The translations under genes were made by a program, and so were the position numbers. DNA of 29,043 bases from positions 1 to 29,043 of IMG/VR virus record IMGVR_UViG_3300009175_000062; one strand, given 5' to 3'. This stretch comes from a virus. Its lineage: Duplodnaviria; Caudoviricetes. This document shows positions 17,158-26,351 of this stretch, piece by piece. The notes beneath the pieces were generated by a model. It made no database searches and was not told the DNA's origin. It saw nothing but the letters and a program-made list of their open reading frames with translations. Numbering within the stretch: the stretch's first letter is position 1; each line of letters opens with the position of its first letter.

Positions 17158-17448
17158 ATGCCCGATCAGGAAACCATCGACCTATATGAAGCAATCCGTC
17201 AAATGAGGAAACTTACCTCCGAAGGAAAGTTCTTTTCGTTCGTCCATTCAACCTACAACCGGGATACGCAGACGACCAACGGCATAAGGGCCGTGAATAA
17301 GGCGCATCTGAGACCTCAGGCGAAAGGAGATGACGTTTTAAACAGCGATTTCAAGTTGTTCTATATCGATGACGTACTAGACAAGCCCCGCACGTGCTGG
17401 CAAATGCTCATACTTTTCTTTAATGACAAAAAGGTCATTCTCAACTAG
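17158..17448 (+). CDS. Hypothetical phage protein upstream of portal
   Basis: ORF directly after promoter copy 3. Confidence 0.7.
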   Translation: MPDQETIDLYEAIRQMRKLTSEGKFFSFVHSTYNRDTQTTNGIRAVNKAHLRPQAKGDDVLNSDFKLFYIDDVLDKPRTCWQMLILFFNDKKVILN

Positions 17449-17454
17449 GATGAA

Positions 17455-18873
17455 ATGAAAAATAAAGATCAAAAACCGTCAGATGTAAAGGTCATCAGAG
17501 AAGGGAATGTCGCCTTCGGATTCAGTCCTGTTGGTGTTTATGCCTTCAGCGTGGCCGGTTCACAGCAGTTTGCAAGCCCTTCTGTCCTTCCTTTCTACAC
17601 CCATTCAAGGGCATTACTGCCCACGATCATTGGAGACTTCCGTATTGTTCCCATGGGAATGGAAAATAATTATCCGGAAGAGATCCGGATGATTATTGAT
17701 GAGGATAACTTCCTGCCTCAGGGACTGAAGAAGGATTTCGGTCTGATCTGGGGTCAAGGGCCTGAACTTTACAAAATAAGATTCCAGGACGGAAAGAGAT
17801 TTAAGGAATTCGTTACCGACTCCAAGATTCAGGCATGGCTAGATAGCTGGGATTACAAAGAATATTTACTCCGTGCAACCACGGATTATACCACAATCAA
17901 CGGTCATTTTACGAAGTTTTATCGAAATCGCGGTGTGCGGGTTGGTGCCGCCCCGATGATCGTGAACCTGGAACACGTTTCCAATACGTTTGCCCGCCTG
18001 GAATGGCCGGATCCCAATTATGTAGTCCACAATATCATTGTAGGAGATTACCGGCAACCATGGAAGTATGGATTACGGGCCTACCCGGTGTATGATCCTT
18101 CGGATCCGTTTGCCTACCCGGTAGCAATGAGTTATAGTAACCTGTATAACTTCTCTCTCGATCATGAGTATTCCCGGGCTCCATTCCATGGGGCATTGAA
18201 CTGGATCAAGCTGGCCAGCTCCATTCCCAAATTGCTTTCAAACTTCAATGCAAATTCAGCGGCGATAAAGTATCATATCGAATCGCCTCAGGAATACTGG
18301 GCATCGGAGAAACTTAAACTTGAGCAAAAATGTATTGAGGAAGGCAAACCGTATACTGAAAAAGTATTCGAAGATTTTAAAGACAAGGTCTTTGAAAGAA
18401 TAACGGCCGGTCTCAGTGGAATTGAAAAAGTTGGCAAAATCATTACCACCGAATCGTTTTTCTCGGAGATAAGCCGCAATGGGGACCTCACCGGATGGAA
18501 GATTACCGTACTGGACCAGAAAGTGAAAGATTTCATCGATGCACAGATCGGGATTGCCCGCGAAGCATCTTTCCAAGTATCTGCCGGCATCGGGTTACAT
18601 CCTGCCCTGTCCAATCTTTCTAAAGACGGGAACCTGCCCAGCGGCTCTGAGCAGCTCTATGCATTCAAACTTTACCTGATGACTTCCATTGATATCCCGG
18701 AACTGATCATCATGAAGGCTATCAATGCTGCCATTCGTGCCAATTTCCCCGGCACAGATCTTTACCTTGGATTTTATCACAACGCGGTACTTACAGAAGA
18801 GGCCACGAATCCCAATGACCGGGTAAAACAAGCAGATACCGGGATCCCTCCCAAATCTGTACCGGTTCAATAA
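17455..18873 (+). CDS. Putative portal protein
   Basis: 472 aa; first large gene after terL and the island; assignment by size and synteny. Confidence 0.65.
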   Translation: MKNKDQKPSDVKVIREGNVAFGFSPVGVYAFSVAGSQQFASPSVLPFYTHSRALLPTIIGDFRIVPMGMENNYPEEIRMIIDEDNFLPQGLKKDFGLIWGQGPELYKIRFQDGKRFKEFVTDSKIQAWLDSWDYKEYLLRATTDYTTINGHFTKFYRNRGVRVGAAPMIVNLEHVSNTFARLEWPDPNYVVHNIIVGDYRQPWKYGLRAYPVYDPSDPFAYPVAMSYSNLYNFSLDHEYSRAPFHGALNWIKLASSIPKLLSNFNANSAAIKYHIESPQEYWASEKLKLEQKCIEEGKPYTEKVFEDFKDKVFERITAGLSGIEKVGKIITTESFFSEISRNGDLTGWKITVLDQKVKDFIDAQIGIAREASFQVSAGIGLHPALSNLSKDGNLPSGSEQLYAFKLYLMTSIDIPELIIMKAINAAIRANFPGTDLYLGFYHNAVLTEEATNPNDRVKQADTGIPPKSVPVQ

Positions 18874-18890
18874 TGTAAAAAATCAAGAAG

Positions 18891-19961
18891 ATGATATTCA
18901 ATAAAAACAGCAACGGGTCAACCGAATTAAAGGATCTCATTGGATTCATTTATAAATCCATCAGGTTCGAGAACCTTACAACCTATATCGGGTTTTCCGA
19001 AGAAGGAATCCAGGATATCATCGGGAAAGATGTTTTTAAAACCGCGCTCGACCATTATAACAGCGAACATTATAAGGCAGAATCGCAGAATACTCACCCG
19101 GCTTACCGTATTCTCGACGAGCTCGTCCGCCTGATCCAGTTCCCTGTGGCCATGAACGCCTATCGTAATTATGTTCCCTCACTGGATGTCCAGCATACGG
19201 ATAAAGGCCGGAAGATCATCGTTACAGAAGAGGAAAAACCTGCCTTTGAATGGCAGACCGAAAAAGACAATCTGAACCTGGTTGAGCTTGAAAACCGTGG
19301 AATCGATCTCCTTTTAAAATTCCTTGACGAGAAGATAGATCTGATGGCCCCTAACTCCTGGGCTGACAATGAATCATGGAAAGATAATTCTTCATGGGAG
19401 GACAATTCGGACGAACCGCTGATTCCCTGGGGGACCTCAAAGGAGTACGAGGCCACGAAGGATCTGCTCATTAATAAGGTTTCTGAGTTCGATAAGGTTT
19501 TCGTGATCAAATCCCGCAGGACCTTCCTTGGATTGGTCCCGTTTATCCGCTACGTCCAAGACAACATGATCCGCAGCGCATTTTTGAAGGCAAAGTTTGA
19601 CGAGATCCTTGATCAGATTAAAGATGGTGATCTGACAATTGAAAACGAGCTTATTGTATCCATTGCCAGCCAGTCCCTCGCGCTCCTTGCGCTGAGCATG
19701 GCCATACGCCGTCTTTCTGTGGAAGTACTGCCCGATGGCATCTTTACCCCTCTGGTGTCGAACGTGATCAAGAGTAAGTCTTCAACCACCAAGGTAGACC
19801 GCAATGAGGTTTCATCTTACCTGGAGAAAGATGGCGCTGCACAATTCCGGGTGCTGCAGGAGCATCTACGCAAATTGGATCTGCAAAAGGCCGGCCTGAT
19901 CTATGCCGGAGAGGATTCAACAGAGCGTATGAAACCTGATGAAAAATTCATACGCTTATGA
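18891..19961 (+). CDS. Putative head-tail adaptor/head completion protein
   Basis: Follows the portal; two helical halves joined by an SW.DN repeat linker. Confidence 0.45.
   Translation: MIFNKNSNGSTELKDLIGFIYKSIRFENLTTYIGFSEEGIQDIIGKDVFKTALDHYNSEHYKAESQNTHPAYRILDELVRLIQFPVAMNAYRNYVPSLDVQHTDKGRKIIVTEEEKPAFEWQTEKDNLNLVELENRGIDLLLKFLDEKIDLMAPNSWADNESWKDNSSWEDNSDEPLIPWGTSKEYEATKDLLINKVSEFDKVFVIKSRRTFLGLVPFIRYVQDNMIRSAFLKAKFDEILDQIKDGDLTIENELIVSIASQSLALLALSMAIRRLSVEVLPDGIFTPLVSNVIKSKSSTTKVDRNEVSSYLEKDGAAQFRVLQEHLRKLDLQKAGLIYAGEDSTERMKPDEKFIRL
19356..19409 (+). repeat. Three 18-bp coding tandem repeats (SWADNE SWKDNS SWEDNS)
   Basis: tcctgggctgacaatgaa / tcatggaaagataattct / tcatgggaggacaattcg. 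Confidence 0.8.
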
Positions 19962-20878
19962 ACAGGCTGGATATCCCGGAGAGAAACATCACCATCGAAT
20001 TTCCTTCACAAATCGATGAGTTGAATGAAAAACAGTTCGTCTTCTTTGTCGAACAGCTTCTCAGTTGTACTGCCGGCGATATCACCCTTCCGGAATTCAA
20101 GATCCGGATGACTGCACGTTTTTTAGATCTCAAACTGGGATGGGCATGGCATCGGATGCCTGAACAGGATAAACTTGATGCCATGAGCGAACTAACCCGC
20201 CTTTCTAATCTCATGGATGGCTTCTTTACCACTGAAATAAGGAATAATCAGCCTGTATCTGTCTTTAAACTCGATTTTATACGGAATTTCATCCCCAAAA
20301 TATGCGGGAAATACTACGGCCCGGCGGATGCACTGACCGATATCACCTTCTGCGAATACCGGCAGGCCCATAATTACTTCAATGCATACCAGAATTCCGG
20401 ATCGGATGACGACCTGAATCACCTTATTGCGATACTTTACCGCCCGAAAAAGAAGTTCCTATGGCTGATCAAGCGCCTTCCATGGTTTGATGGACGAGAA
20501 AAAATCACGTTTTCTTCCAAATCTAACCCGCTTTTCCTCGAAAAAAGGACGAAAAAGATCGCAAAAATGCCACTTCCCATCAGATATGGCATTTATCTGT
20601 TCTTTTCAGGATGTGAGCAGTTTCTTGCCACCGGCACACCAACTATCGACGGGATCCCAATCCGTCTGTCTGTTTTGTACGAGAAATCAGAAGGATCTTC
20701 ATCGGATCCGGGTACCGGCTTGTATGGCATCCTTTGCACCCTTTCAGAATCTAAGGTTTTCGGCTCATTAATGGAGACCGATAACCAGGGACTGTACGAT
20801 ATCCTGCTCAGACTTTACCAGGTGGTGATGCAGATGAAACAAATGAACGAAAAAACAAAGAACAATGGTGCCAGTTAG
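19958..20878 (+). CDS. Hypothetical morphogenesis protein
   Basis: Coupled (ATGA) ORF in the structural operon. Confidence 0.65.
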   Translation: MNRLDIPERNITIEFPSQIDELNEKQFVFFVEQLLSCTAGDITLPEFKIRMTARFLDLKLGWAWHRMPEQDKLDAMSELTRLSNLMDGFFTTEIRNNQPVSVFKLDFIRNFIPKICGKYYGPADALTDITFCEYRQAHNYFNAYQNSGSDDDLNHLIAILYRPKKKFLWLIKRLPWFDGREKITFSSKSNPLFLEKRTKKIAKMPLPIRYGIYLFFSGCEQFLATGTPTIDGIPIRLSVLYEKSEGSSSDPGTGLYGILCTLSESKVFGSLMETDNQGLYDILLRLYQVVMQMKQMNEKTKNNGAS

Positions 20879-21344
20879 AACATACCGAACATTCTGGGAA
20901 CACATGAAGACGCTGGTTCCCCAGGTTAATACCGTTTATCTGTTTGCGACGGAGAAGGAGTTGACCAAGTACATCGCTGAGGTCACAACCAATGACATCC
21001 TGCTTCTGGCGCTCATCCCTTCTTCTGATACTAAGGCCGCCAATATTGACAACCTTACTGAGGTGGCTCCCTGCGTGATCTTTATTCTTCGCAAAACAAC
21101 GGACGGAGATCTTTCTCCGGAGCAATTATTTGAGGACCGGGAGATCACCCAGGGGGTCATGAATGCTGTCAAGCAGAAAATGTGGGACATGGCCGGTGAC
21201 TTCGATCACCAGGACGCCAATACCCGGCTTATGCGCCGGCTTATTCTTAACGGGATGCACACAGATCCCGAGTACAATTATCTTGGTTGTAACGGCTGGT
21301 CCCTCGCCTTCGGACTGGACACAAAAGGAATTTTCAATGAATAG
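20865..21344 (+). CDS. Putative tail completion/terminator-like protein
   Basis: 159-aa alpha/beta protein; position-based call. Confidence 0.4.
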   Translation: MVPVRTYRTFWEHMKTLVPQVNTVYLFATEKELTKYIAEVTTNDILLLALIPSSDTKAANIDNLTEVAPCVIFILRKTTDGDLSPEQLFEDREITQGVMNAVKQKMWDMAGDFDHQDANTRLMRRLILNGMHTDPEYNYLGCNGWSLAFGLDTKGIFNE

Positions 21345-21735
21345 CATCATAGTGTACATCGTAATCGGGCTTTGCCTGCTGATTTCAGCAGCTTCAAAGG
21401 CCGTCATGGATCAAATCCATTCATGCATCTGTAATACGATATTTTGGAAGCTGGAAGGCAACCGGTGGGTGGATCCTGCCGTCTCCTGGATGAATAAGTA
21501 TAAGGGCAACGATCCTAAAAAGGGTGAAAAGTTCTTTCTTTCAACAACGATTCTGGTATTCACAACTGATCTATGGCACTTCGCTCAATTCATCTTCCTG
21601 CGGACCTTCTTTGCCGTGCCGATCATTTATTCATTTTGCCATCCGATAGTATCCTGGTGGGCAGACTACCTGATCATGTCAGTATTCTTCGGAATCTCTT
21701 TTGAACTCACTTATAAACTCGTCGGCAAAAAATGA
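21337..21735 (+). CDS. Membrane protein preceding the holin
   Basis: ATG at 21337; several hydrophobic segments; SWMNKY and TDLWH motifs. Confidence 0.65.
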   Translation: MNSIIVYIVIGLCLLISAASKAVMDQIHSCICNTIFWKLEGNRWVDPAVSWMNKYKGNDPKKGEKFFLSTTILVFTTDLWHFAQFIFLRTFFAVPIIYSFCHPIVSWWADYLIMSVFFGISFELTYKLVGKK

Positions 21736-22193
21736 TGACAAGATGGATTACTTACCTGGAGACATCTGGGATACTTGCTAAAATAGGCATTGCCTTTGTT
21801 GCCTACTTCACTCCTATTGCTCCAATTGCGCATACAATGGTCATGTTTCTATTCGCAGATACTGTCTCCGGGGTCTGGGCTGCAAGGAAGAGCGGGATCC
21901 CAATTGAGAGCCGGAAGCTCCGGAAGGCCGTTTACAAATTCATCTGGTACACCGTCGCCATGCTGGCCAGCTACCGTATGGAAGTTACATTCCATCTCTG
22001 CTGGACGAACTTATCCAGTGTAATTGGAGGTTTCATCTGCTTTGTTGAGCTCAAATCAATCTTTGAGAATATAACGAAGATTACCAATGAGCCGGTATTC
22101 ATGAGAATACTGAAGATATTCAAAAAGAAATCCACTGAAACCATCAATGAAGTAATGGATGGTGTTGATGATGAAAAGGAGACAAAATCATGA
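21732..22193 (+). CDS. Phage holin
   Basis: DTVSGVWAARK..IESRKLRKAVYK..ELKSIFEN pattern, transmembrane segments and charged C-terminus; directly upstream of the endolysin. Confidence 0.82.
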   Translation: MMTRWITYLETSGILAKIGIAFVAYFTPIAPIAHTMVMFLFADTVSGVWAARKSGIPIESRKLRKAVYKFIWYTVAMLASYRMEVTFHLCWTNLSSVIGGFICFVELKSIFENITKITNEPVFMRILKIFKKKSTETINEVMDGVDDEKETKS

Positions 22194-22618
22194 TGATCAG
22201 CAAAAATTACGATGTCCGGGAACTTGTACCCCCAGAGATCTGGGCCGCCTTCGGCGAAAAATCAATACGCTTCGGGCGTACGAACGTCGTTGAATTCCTG
22301 GAATGGCTTTCTGACTATCTGAATGTTCACGTCGTTGTAAACGACTGGCATAAAGGAGGCCATTATAAGAACTCAGGTTTCCGGCTTCCGGATTGTCTGG
22401 AGGGCGCCAAGCTCTCTCAGCATAAATTCATGAATGCTATAGACTGCAAAGCTGAGGGCTTTGATGCAGAAACTCTGCGAGGTATCATCCGCGAGAACTT
22501 TCAGGCGCTGCATGATCGCTTCGGCGTCACCACCATCGAAGAGGATACCCCCGGATGGTTGCACGTTGATTTCCGTTGGACTGGGATGAGTATTCTTCTC
22601 GAGGTCCCTTTCAAATAA
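22190..22618 (+). CDS. Endolysin, peptidase M15-like
   Basis: SGFR, SQH-x6-D (SQHKFMNAID) and WLHVD Zn-peptidase motifs. Confidence 0.82.
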   Translation: MMISKNYDVRELVPPEIWAAFGEKSIRFGRTNVVEFLEWLSDYLNVHVVVNDWHKGGHYKNSGFRLPDCLEGAKLSQHKFMNAIDCKAEGFDAETLRGIIRENFQALHDRFGVTTIEEDTPGWLHVDFRWTGMSILLEVPFK

Positions 22619-22644
22619 ATGTCAAATCCTTAAAATCAAAAAAC

Positions 22645-23214
22645 ATGAAAAAGTTGATCTTAATGCTCTGCCTGGCGGCCATATCGGTCGCCGCTACTGC
22701 TCAATACTCTGTGAGCGGTTATGTTTATTATTTCGGGACGAACAAACCGGTTCCGAAAACTTACGTTCAGGCCCTGGATAAGAATGCAGATTTCAAAACT
22801 GCTGCAGGTGATGATGCTTCATCTGTCGGGTTCTACCAGATGAACAAACTCTTGCCTTCAACCTACTTGTTTCTTCCTTACGAGAACTCTCAGACGTTAA
22901 CCTGGTCAAAACCTGACTCTATAGATGTTCGGATAATGCAGGATATCGTTTCCGGCAAACTATCTCAGCCGACAGATCCACTGGTACTGGCAGCGCTGAC
23001 TCGATCCGGAAGAGGAAAAGTTATAACAAAGGATGATGTGGCGTTTGTGCAGGAACTTATGAATATGCCAGCAGACCAACTTAGGGGGATCATCGATATG
23101 CATCAGAATTATAAGTTCAGCCAGCAGACTATTGAGGTAGTGAATAAGAATGTGACCGGCCTGGTGATCAAGGCACTCCGTGTGGGGGATGCTAAATCGG
23201 TTTATAAATACTGA
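22645..23214 (+). CDS. Secreted protein with beta-sandwich and degenerate dockerin-like segment
   Basis: Sec signal MKKLILMLCLAAISVAATA; VSGYVYY..G.Y...L.PSTY; paired helices DSIDVRIMQ / ITKDDVAFVQ. Confidence 0.55.
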   Translation: MKKLILMLCLAAISVAATAQYSVSGYVYYFGTNKPVPKTYVQALDKNADFKTAAGDDASSVGFYQMNKLLPSTYLFLPYENSQTLTWSKPDSIDVRIMQDIVSGKLSQPTDPLVLAALTRSGRGKVITKDDVAFVQELMNMPADQLRGIIDMHQNYKFSQQTIEVVNKNVTGLVIKALRVGDAKSVYKY

Positions 23215-23219
23215 CCGCC

Positions 23220-23915
23220 ATGAATGATAAATCTAATATCAGGATCCCGAATCCACCGGATCCACCTCAGGATCGGGAGATCTATGATAGCACCACTGTA
23301 ACAATCGGATGCGGATTTCCTATCATGATCTTGTTTTTTCTGATCTCTTTCTTTCTATTTGTCTCCTGCAGTACGACCAGAACGGTCAACTCAGCTTCAC
23401 AGGAAACAAAAATGAGTCTGAACACAGAAGATCATTCACATGCCACTGGGTCTACGGAAACAAAAACGGACACTCATTCTACTTCGGATATAACGACCAC
23501 CCGCAAGGGTGATACGATTATCCATGATCCGGGAGGAAATATCGGATCGAGCTTTCAGGGATCCGACCTGATCACCGGCCGGTACCATCGGTCAGAGTCT
23601 GGAAATATGATCCTGGATATTTACCTGGATAGCTCTGGTACGGTACATGGTATCGCTATCGAAAAGCCTTCGGATAATCATGTCAATATTAATCAGACCA
23701 CGACTGAACATAAGAACGTTGATCAGACGGGTACTCAGAAACAAAATACCACGGCGGATGCGGACAAGAAGTCAAAGGCAACTACCGATGATAATACCAT
23801 GTCTAAAAACAAGGAAATAATTCACCCAGGGATCCCTACCTGGGGTATTTTACTAATGATTTTAGCAACGGTTATCGGGATTGCCGTGTTGCTGTGGCGG
23901 TTAAAGGTATTTTAG
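23220..23915 (+). CDS. Putative unimolecular spanin (lipoprotein with C-terminal TM helix)
   Basis: Lipobox FVSC, Thr/Ser-rich body and C-terminal TM (WGILLMILATVIGIAVLLW); last gene of the lysis cassette; start may be about 23325. Confidence 0.65.
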   Translation: MNDKSNIRIPNPPDPPQDREIYDSTTVTIGCGFPIMILFFLISFFLFVSCSTTRTVNSASQETKMSLNTEDHSHATGSTETKTDTHSTSDITTTRKGDTIIHDPGGNIGSSFQGSDLITGRYHRSESGNMILDIYLDSSGTVHGIAIEKPSDNHVNINQTTTEHKNVDQTGTQKQNTTADADKKSKATTDDNTMSKNKEIIHPGIPTWGILLMILATVIGIAVLLWRLKVF

Positions 23916-23929
23916 TCTCGTAATTGAAA

Positions 23930-23967
23930 AAAAGAAAAAGCCGGTTAAATGACCGGCTTTTTCTTTA
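23930..23967. terminator. Bidirectional terminator
   Basis: AAAGAAAAAGCCGGT-TAAATG-ACCGGCTTTTTCTTT between convergent genes. Confidence 0.88.
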
Positions 23968-24088
23968 ACTCTTTCTCAAGAATATGGATTATAAGGTTCC
24001 CTACCGTTCGCCCCTCTTCAGCGGCTTCCCCCTTCAGCTTATCCATTAATACCTCAGGGATACGTATTGAGAATGGTGCCGGCTTCAT
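23945..24088 (-). CDS. Arc-like ribbon-helix-helix DNA-binding protein (47 aa), not in the ORF track
   Basis: MKPAPFSIRIPEVLMDKLKGEAAEEGRTVGNLIIHILEKELKKKPVI. Confidence 0.85.
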   Translation of the reverse strand: MKPAPFSIRIPEVLMDKLKGEAAEEGRTVGNLIIHILEKELKKKPVI

Positions 24089-24279
24089 TTTTCTTCAAAA
24101 AAAAGGTTCTCCAACTTCTTACATGCGGCATCATACCCTGAATCCTCTTCATCCATTATGGCATCAACCATCATGCTATCGGTTGAGTGAAGTGATTGTT
24201 TCCCGTTGCTAATCGTGTACTGACCATATCCAGCAGGATTGATCGTGTAGGTTACATTGTTGATTGTTATTTTTTTCAT
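24085..24279 (-). CDS. Small hypothetical protein (64 aa) coupled to the RHH gene
   Basis: MKKITINNV... start after an A-rich leader; ATGA overlap with the RHH gene. Confidence 0.7.
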   Translation of the reverse strand: MKKITINNVTYTINPAGYGQYTISNGKQSLHSTDSMMVDAIMDEEDSGYDAACKKLENLFFEEK

Positions 24280-24316
24280 GGCCTTGGGTTTAAGTGTTAT
24301 TGTTTGATGAAGTAAA

Positions 24317-24335
24317 TGTAATACATTGTAATACA
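24317..24335. promoter_or_regulatory. Putative RHH operator: tandem palindromic TGTAATACA x2
   Basis: TGTAATACA-T-TGTAATACA about 40 nt upstream of the operon. Confidence 0.6.
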
Positions 24336-24439
24336 CAAAGCAAGTATTTTACTGTTATTTTTGAACAGCTAACATCTTTTATTCGGTATGGCGATTCCGG
24401 GGGATTTTTTATATTTGGGGAAACTTTAAACTATACATC

Positions 24440-24994
24440 ATGAAAAAGATTCTACTCGTAATTCTCATTGTAACCTCTGGGATGAGGTTATTCTCTCAAT
24501 CGGCTGATACATCAAAATCTAAAATTTATGATGGATTTGCGCTTGGTATGTCCTATCAATCACAAATTGGAGTTGAATTTATTGGTGTGGGATTGTATCT
24601 TCATAAATGTATTAGTGTGGTTGGACTTTATGGTAATTTAACTGGTTTTCACCAATTTAATCCTGATACAAGTAAAATTCAGTGGGATATAAAATGCGGT
24701 GGATTAACATTTGAAACAGCACCGGGAACATTCATTTATGCCGGATTTAGTTGGGGCGTAAAAAGACTTTTAGATGGTTCAGTCGAAAATCATCCGGGTG
24801 CAGATATTGGAATGATTTATTATCCCGGTTCTCGACAGGGTAGAGTGGGAATGCAACTTGGATTTAATACAAGTACATTAACTGTCACTGCAGGACTCCA
24901 TATAGGTATTTTCTTCGAAAAGCAGAAACCACTGCCTAAAACAGAAGAATCCACTCCTTATCCAGTTTGGCACGGAACTGAGCAATCAAAATAA
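24440..24994 (+). CDS. Moron: exported, outer-membrane beta-barrel-like protein
   Basis: Signal peptide, Gly/aromatic alternating strands, own TATATTTG element (24410-24417), AT-rich. Confidence 0.55.
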   Translation: MKKILLVILIVTSGMRLFSQSADTSKSKIYDGFALGMSYQSQIGVEFIGVGLYLHKCISVVGLYGNLTGFHQFNPDTSKIQWDIKCGGLTFETAPGTFIYAGFSWGVKRLLDGSVENHPGADIGMIYYPGSRQGRVGMQLGFNTSTLTVTAGLHIGIFFEKQKPLPKTEESTPYPVWHGTEQSK

Positions 24995-25090
24995 CCCTCC
25001 AATAAAAGGGTATTGACTTTCTCAATGGAAGATGTATATTTGTCGTGTTCTAATACGAGTAAAATTGTTTACACATCTTCTAAATAGGGG

Positions 25091-25160
25091 AAACCCTCAA
25101 GTCTTCCGCTTCCGTAAGGAGCGGACGGTTCTCGTAACCGGAACAAGGCTTGGGGGTTTT
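25091..25160 (+). ncRNA. Three-way-junction structured leader RNA (CI/C4 antisense-like)
   Basis: Closing stem AAACCCTCAAGTCT/AGGCTTGGGGGTTT, two inner hairpins, complementarity to 25046-25059; promoter TTGACT..TATATTTG upstream. Confidence 0.55.
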
Positions 25161-25177
25161 TTCATTAGGAGGTCATT

Positions 25178-25507
25178 ATGGACACCATCATTAAAGAGGG
25201 ACCGGGTCCCTGTGGTAAAATTCAAGCATTCGAGTTACCAGAGAATGTTCGTGTCGTAATCAACGGCAAAGTTTACAACAAAGATTTCTTCGACGTTTTT
25301 GAAGATCTATTCGCCTTCGACGGGATTGATAGCTCTACGGCAATCGCTAAAGCCATTAATTCTTTGAGGGATATAGATTATGAAAACTTGAAGAAATTCC
25401 AAATTGATCATGATCCGGATATTTACCCCATCCTGGAATGCCTGTTACGACTTATCCAGGTTCATGAAAAACTCAGGTATGAATTCAGAAATGGGATTCC
25501 CTGTTAA
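25178..25507 (+). CDS. Hypothetical protein
   Basis: 109-aa ORF preceded by AGGAGG, downstream of the structured leader. Confidence 0.65.
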   Translation: MDTIIKEGPGPCGKIQAFELPENVRVVINGKVYNKDFFDVFEDLFAFDGIDSSTAIAKAINSLRDIDYENLKKFQIDHDPDIYPILECLLRLIQVHEKLRYEFRNGIPC

Positions 25508-25509
25508 CC

Positions 25510-25689
25510 ATGGCCAGGAAGAAGTATTATCGCAACCGGGTCGAGGTATCCGGTTGCGATCCTGAGTCGCTATGGTATCGCTCAGGGGAGTTTGTTGTCC
25601 TCGTTGATGATGATCAGTTTATCCAGGTAGAATTCGATCCGACTATTTTCCTGAGGATAATAGTCCCCAGACGATCAAAGCCCCGATAA
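25510..25689 (+). CDS. Possible 59-aa protein
   Basis: MARKKYYRNRVEVSGCDPESLWYRSGEFVVLVDDDQFIQVEFDPTIFLRIIVPRRSKPR; ends in the terminator. Confidence 0.45.
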   Translation: MARKKYYRNRVEVSGCDPESLWYRSGEFVVLVDDDQFIQVEFDPTIFLRIIVPRRSKPR

Positions 25690-25700
25690 GGGGCTTTTTT
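25677..25700 (+). terminator. Rho-independent terminator
   Basis: AAAGCCCC-GATAA-GGGGCTTT followed by a T tract. Confidence 0.85.
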
Positions 25701-25734
25701 GTCCTTTAATTTGGAAGGAAGAGAATTACTTTTG
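25701..25734 (+). promoter_or_regulatory. Late promoter copy 4 (GTCCTTTA-N18-TACTTTTG)
   Basis: Shared motif; upstream of a 49-aa membrane peptide. Confidence 0.75.
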
Positions 25735-25753
25735 TTTATTCAAATCTTAAATC

Positions 25754-25903
25754 ATGAAACGTTTAATGAATTTTTTTGAAGAAACTCCAATTTGGGCAGT
25801 GATCGAGACAATCCTTTTTAACATCAGTATTGTAATTGGAATTGCAGGTGGCATATGTGGCATGGCTGCGCTAGCCATTATGCTGCTTAAAATTCGCGGA
25901 TAG
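25754..25903 (+). CDS. 49-aa single-TM peptide, not in the ORF track
   Basis: MKRLMNFFEETPIWAVIETILFNISIVIGIAGGICGMAALAIMLLKIRG. Confidence 0.7.
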   Translation: MKRLMNFFEETPIWAVIETILFNISIVIGIAGGICGMAALAIMLLKIRG

Positions 25904-25922
25904 TCTGGTTTCTATAAGGGGG

Positions 25923-26351
25923 CTATCTGTGACCCGAGCACATTGTGATGACAAGTGATAGAATCCCAAGAATACCACCAATCAGACCGATTGTAGATCC
26001 CGGCCAGTATGTGTAAAATGACCACTTTTTGAGTGCTGCATCATACATTTCTTTGTTTTCAGCACTCTTTTCTTTCCTTTTCTTTTCGTCAACATATTTT
26101 AGCCATCCCTGGTTTTCCCCAATTTCCCATCCGAGAGGCGTCAAGGTATAAATTTCCTCATTGGATATTTTTGAGACGATTCCCTCTTCAAGGAGCACGT
26201 CTAAGATTCTTATAGCCTTTCCCTGGGTTTCTTTTAAATCTGTATTTCCGACTATACTGACGAAATATTCCCAGGTTACTCTGTACTCTTTCAGGAAACA
26301 TTTAATCAAAGCATCAATTTTAAAATCAATATCAGACGGTTGGTTTTTCAT
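25923..26351 (-). CDS. Moron: winged-helix-like domain plus C-terminal TM helix
   Basis: ILDVLLEEGIV..YTLTPLG winged-helix pattern; TM IGLIGGILGILSLVITM; AT-rich; TATCTTCG element upstream. Confidence 0.7.
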   Translation of the reverse strand: MKNQPSDIDFKIDALIKCFLKEYRVTWEYFVSIVGNTDLKETQGKAIRILDVLLEEGIVSKISNEEIYTLTPLGWEIGENQGWLKYVDEKKRKEKSAENKEMYDAALKKWSFYTYWPGSTIGLIGGILGILSLVITMCSGHR

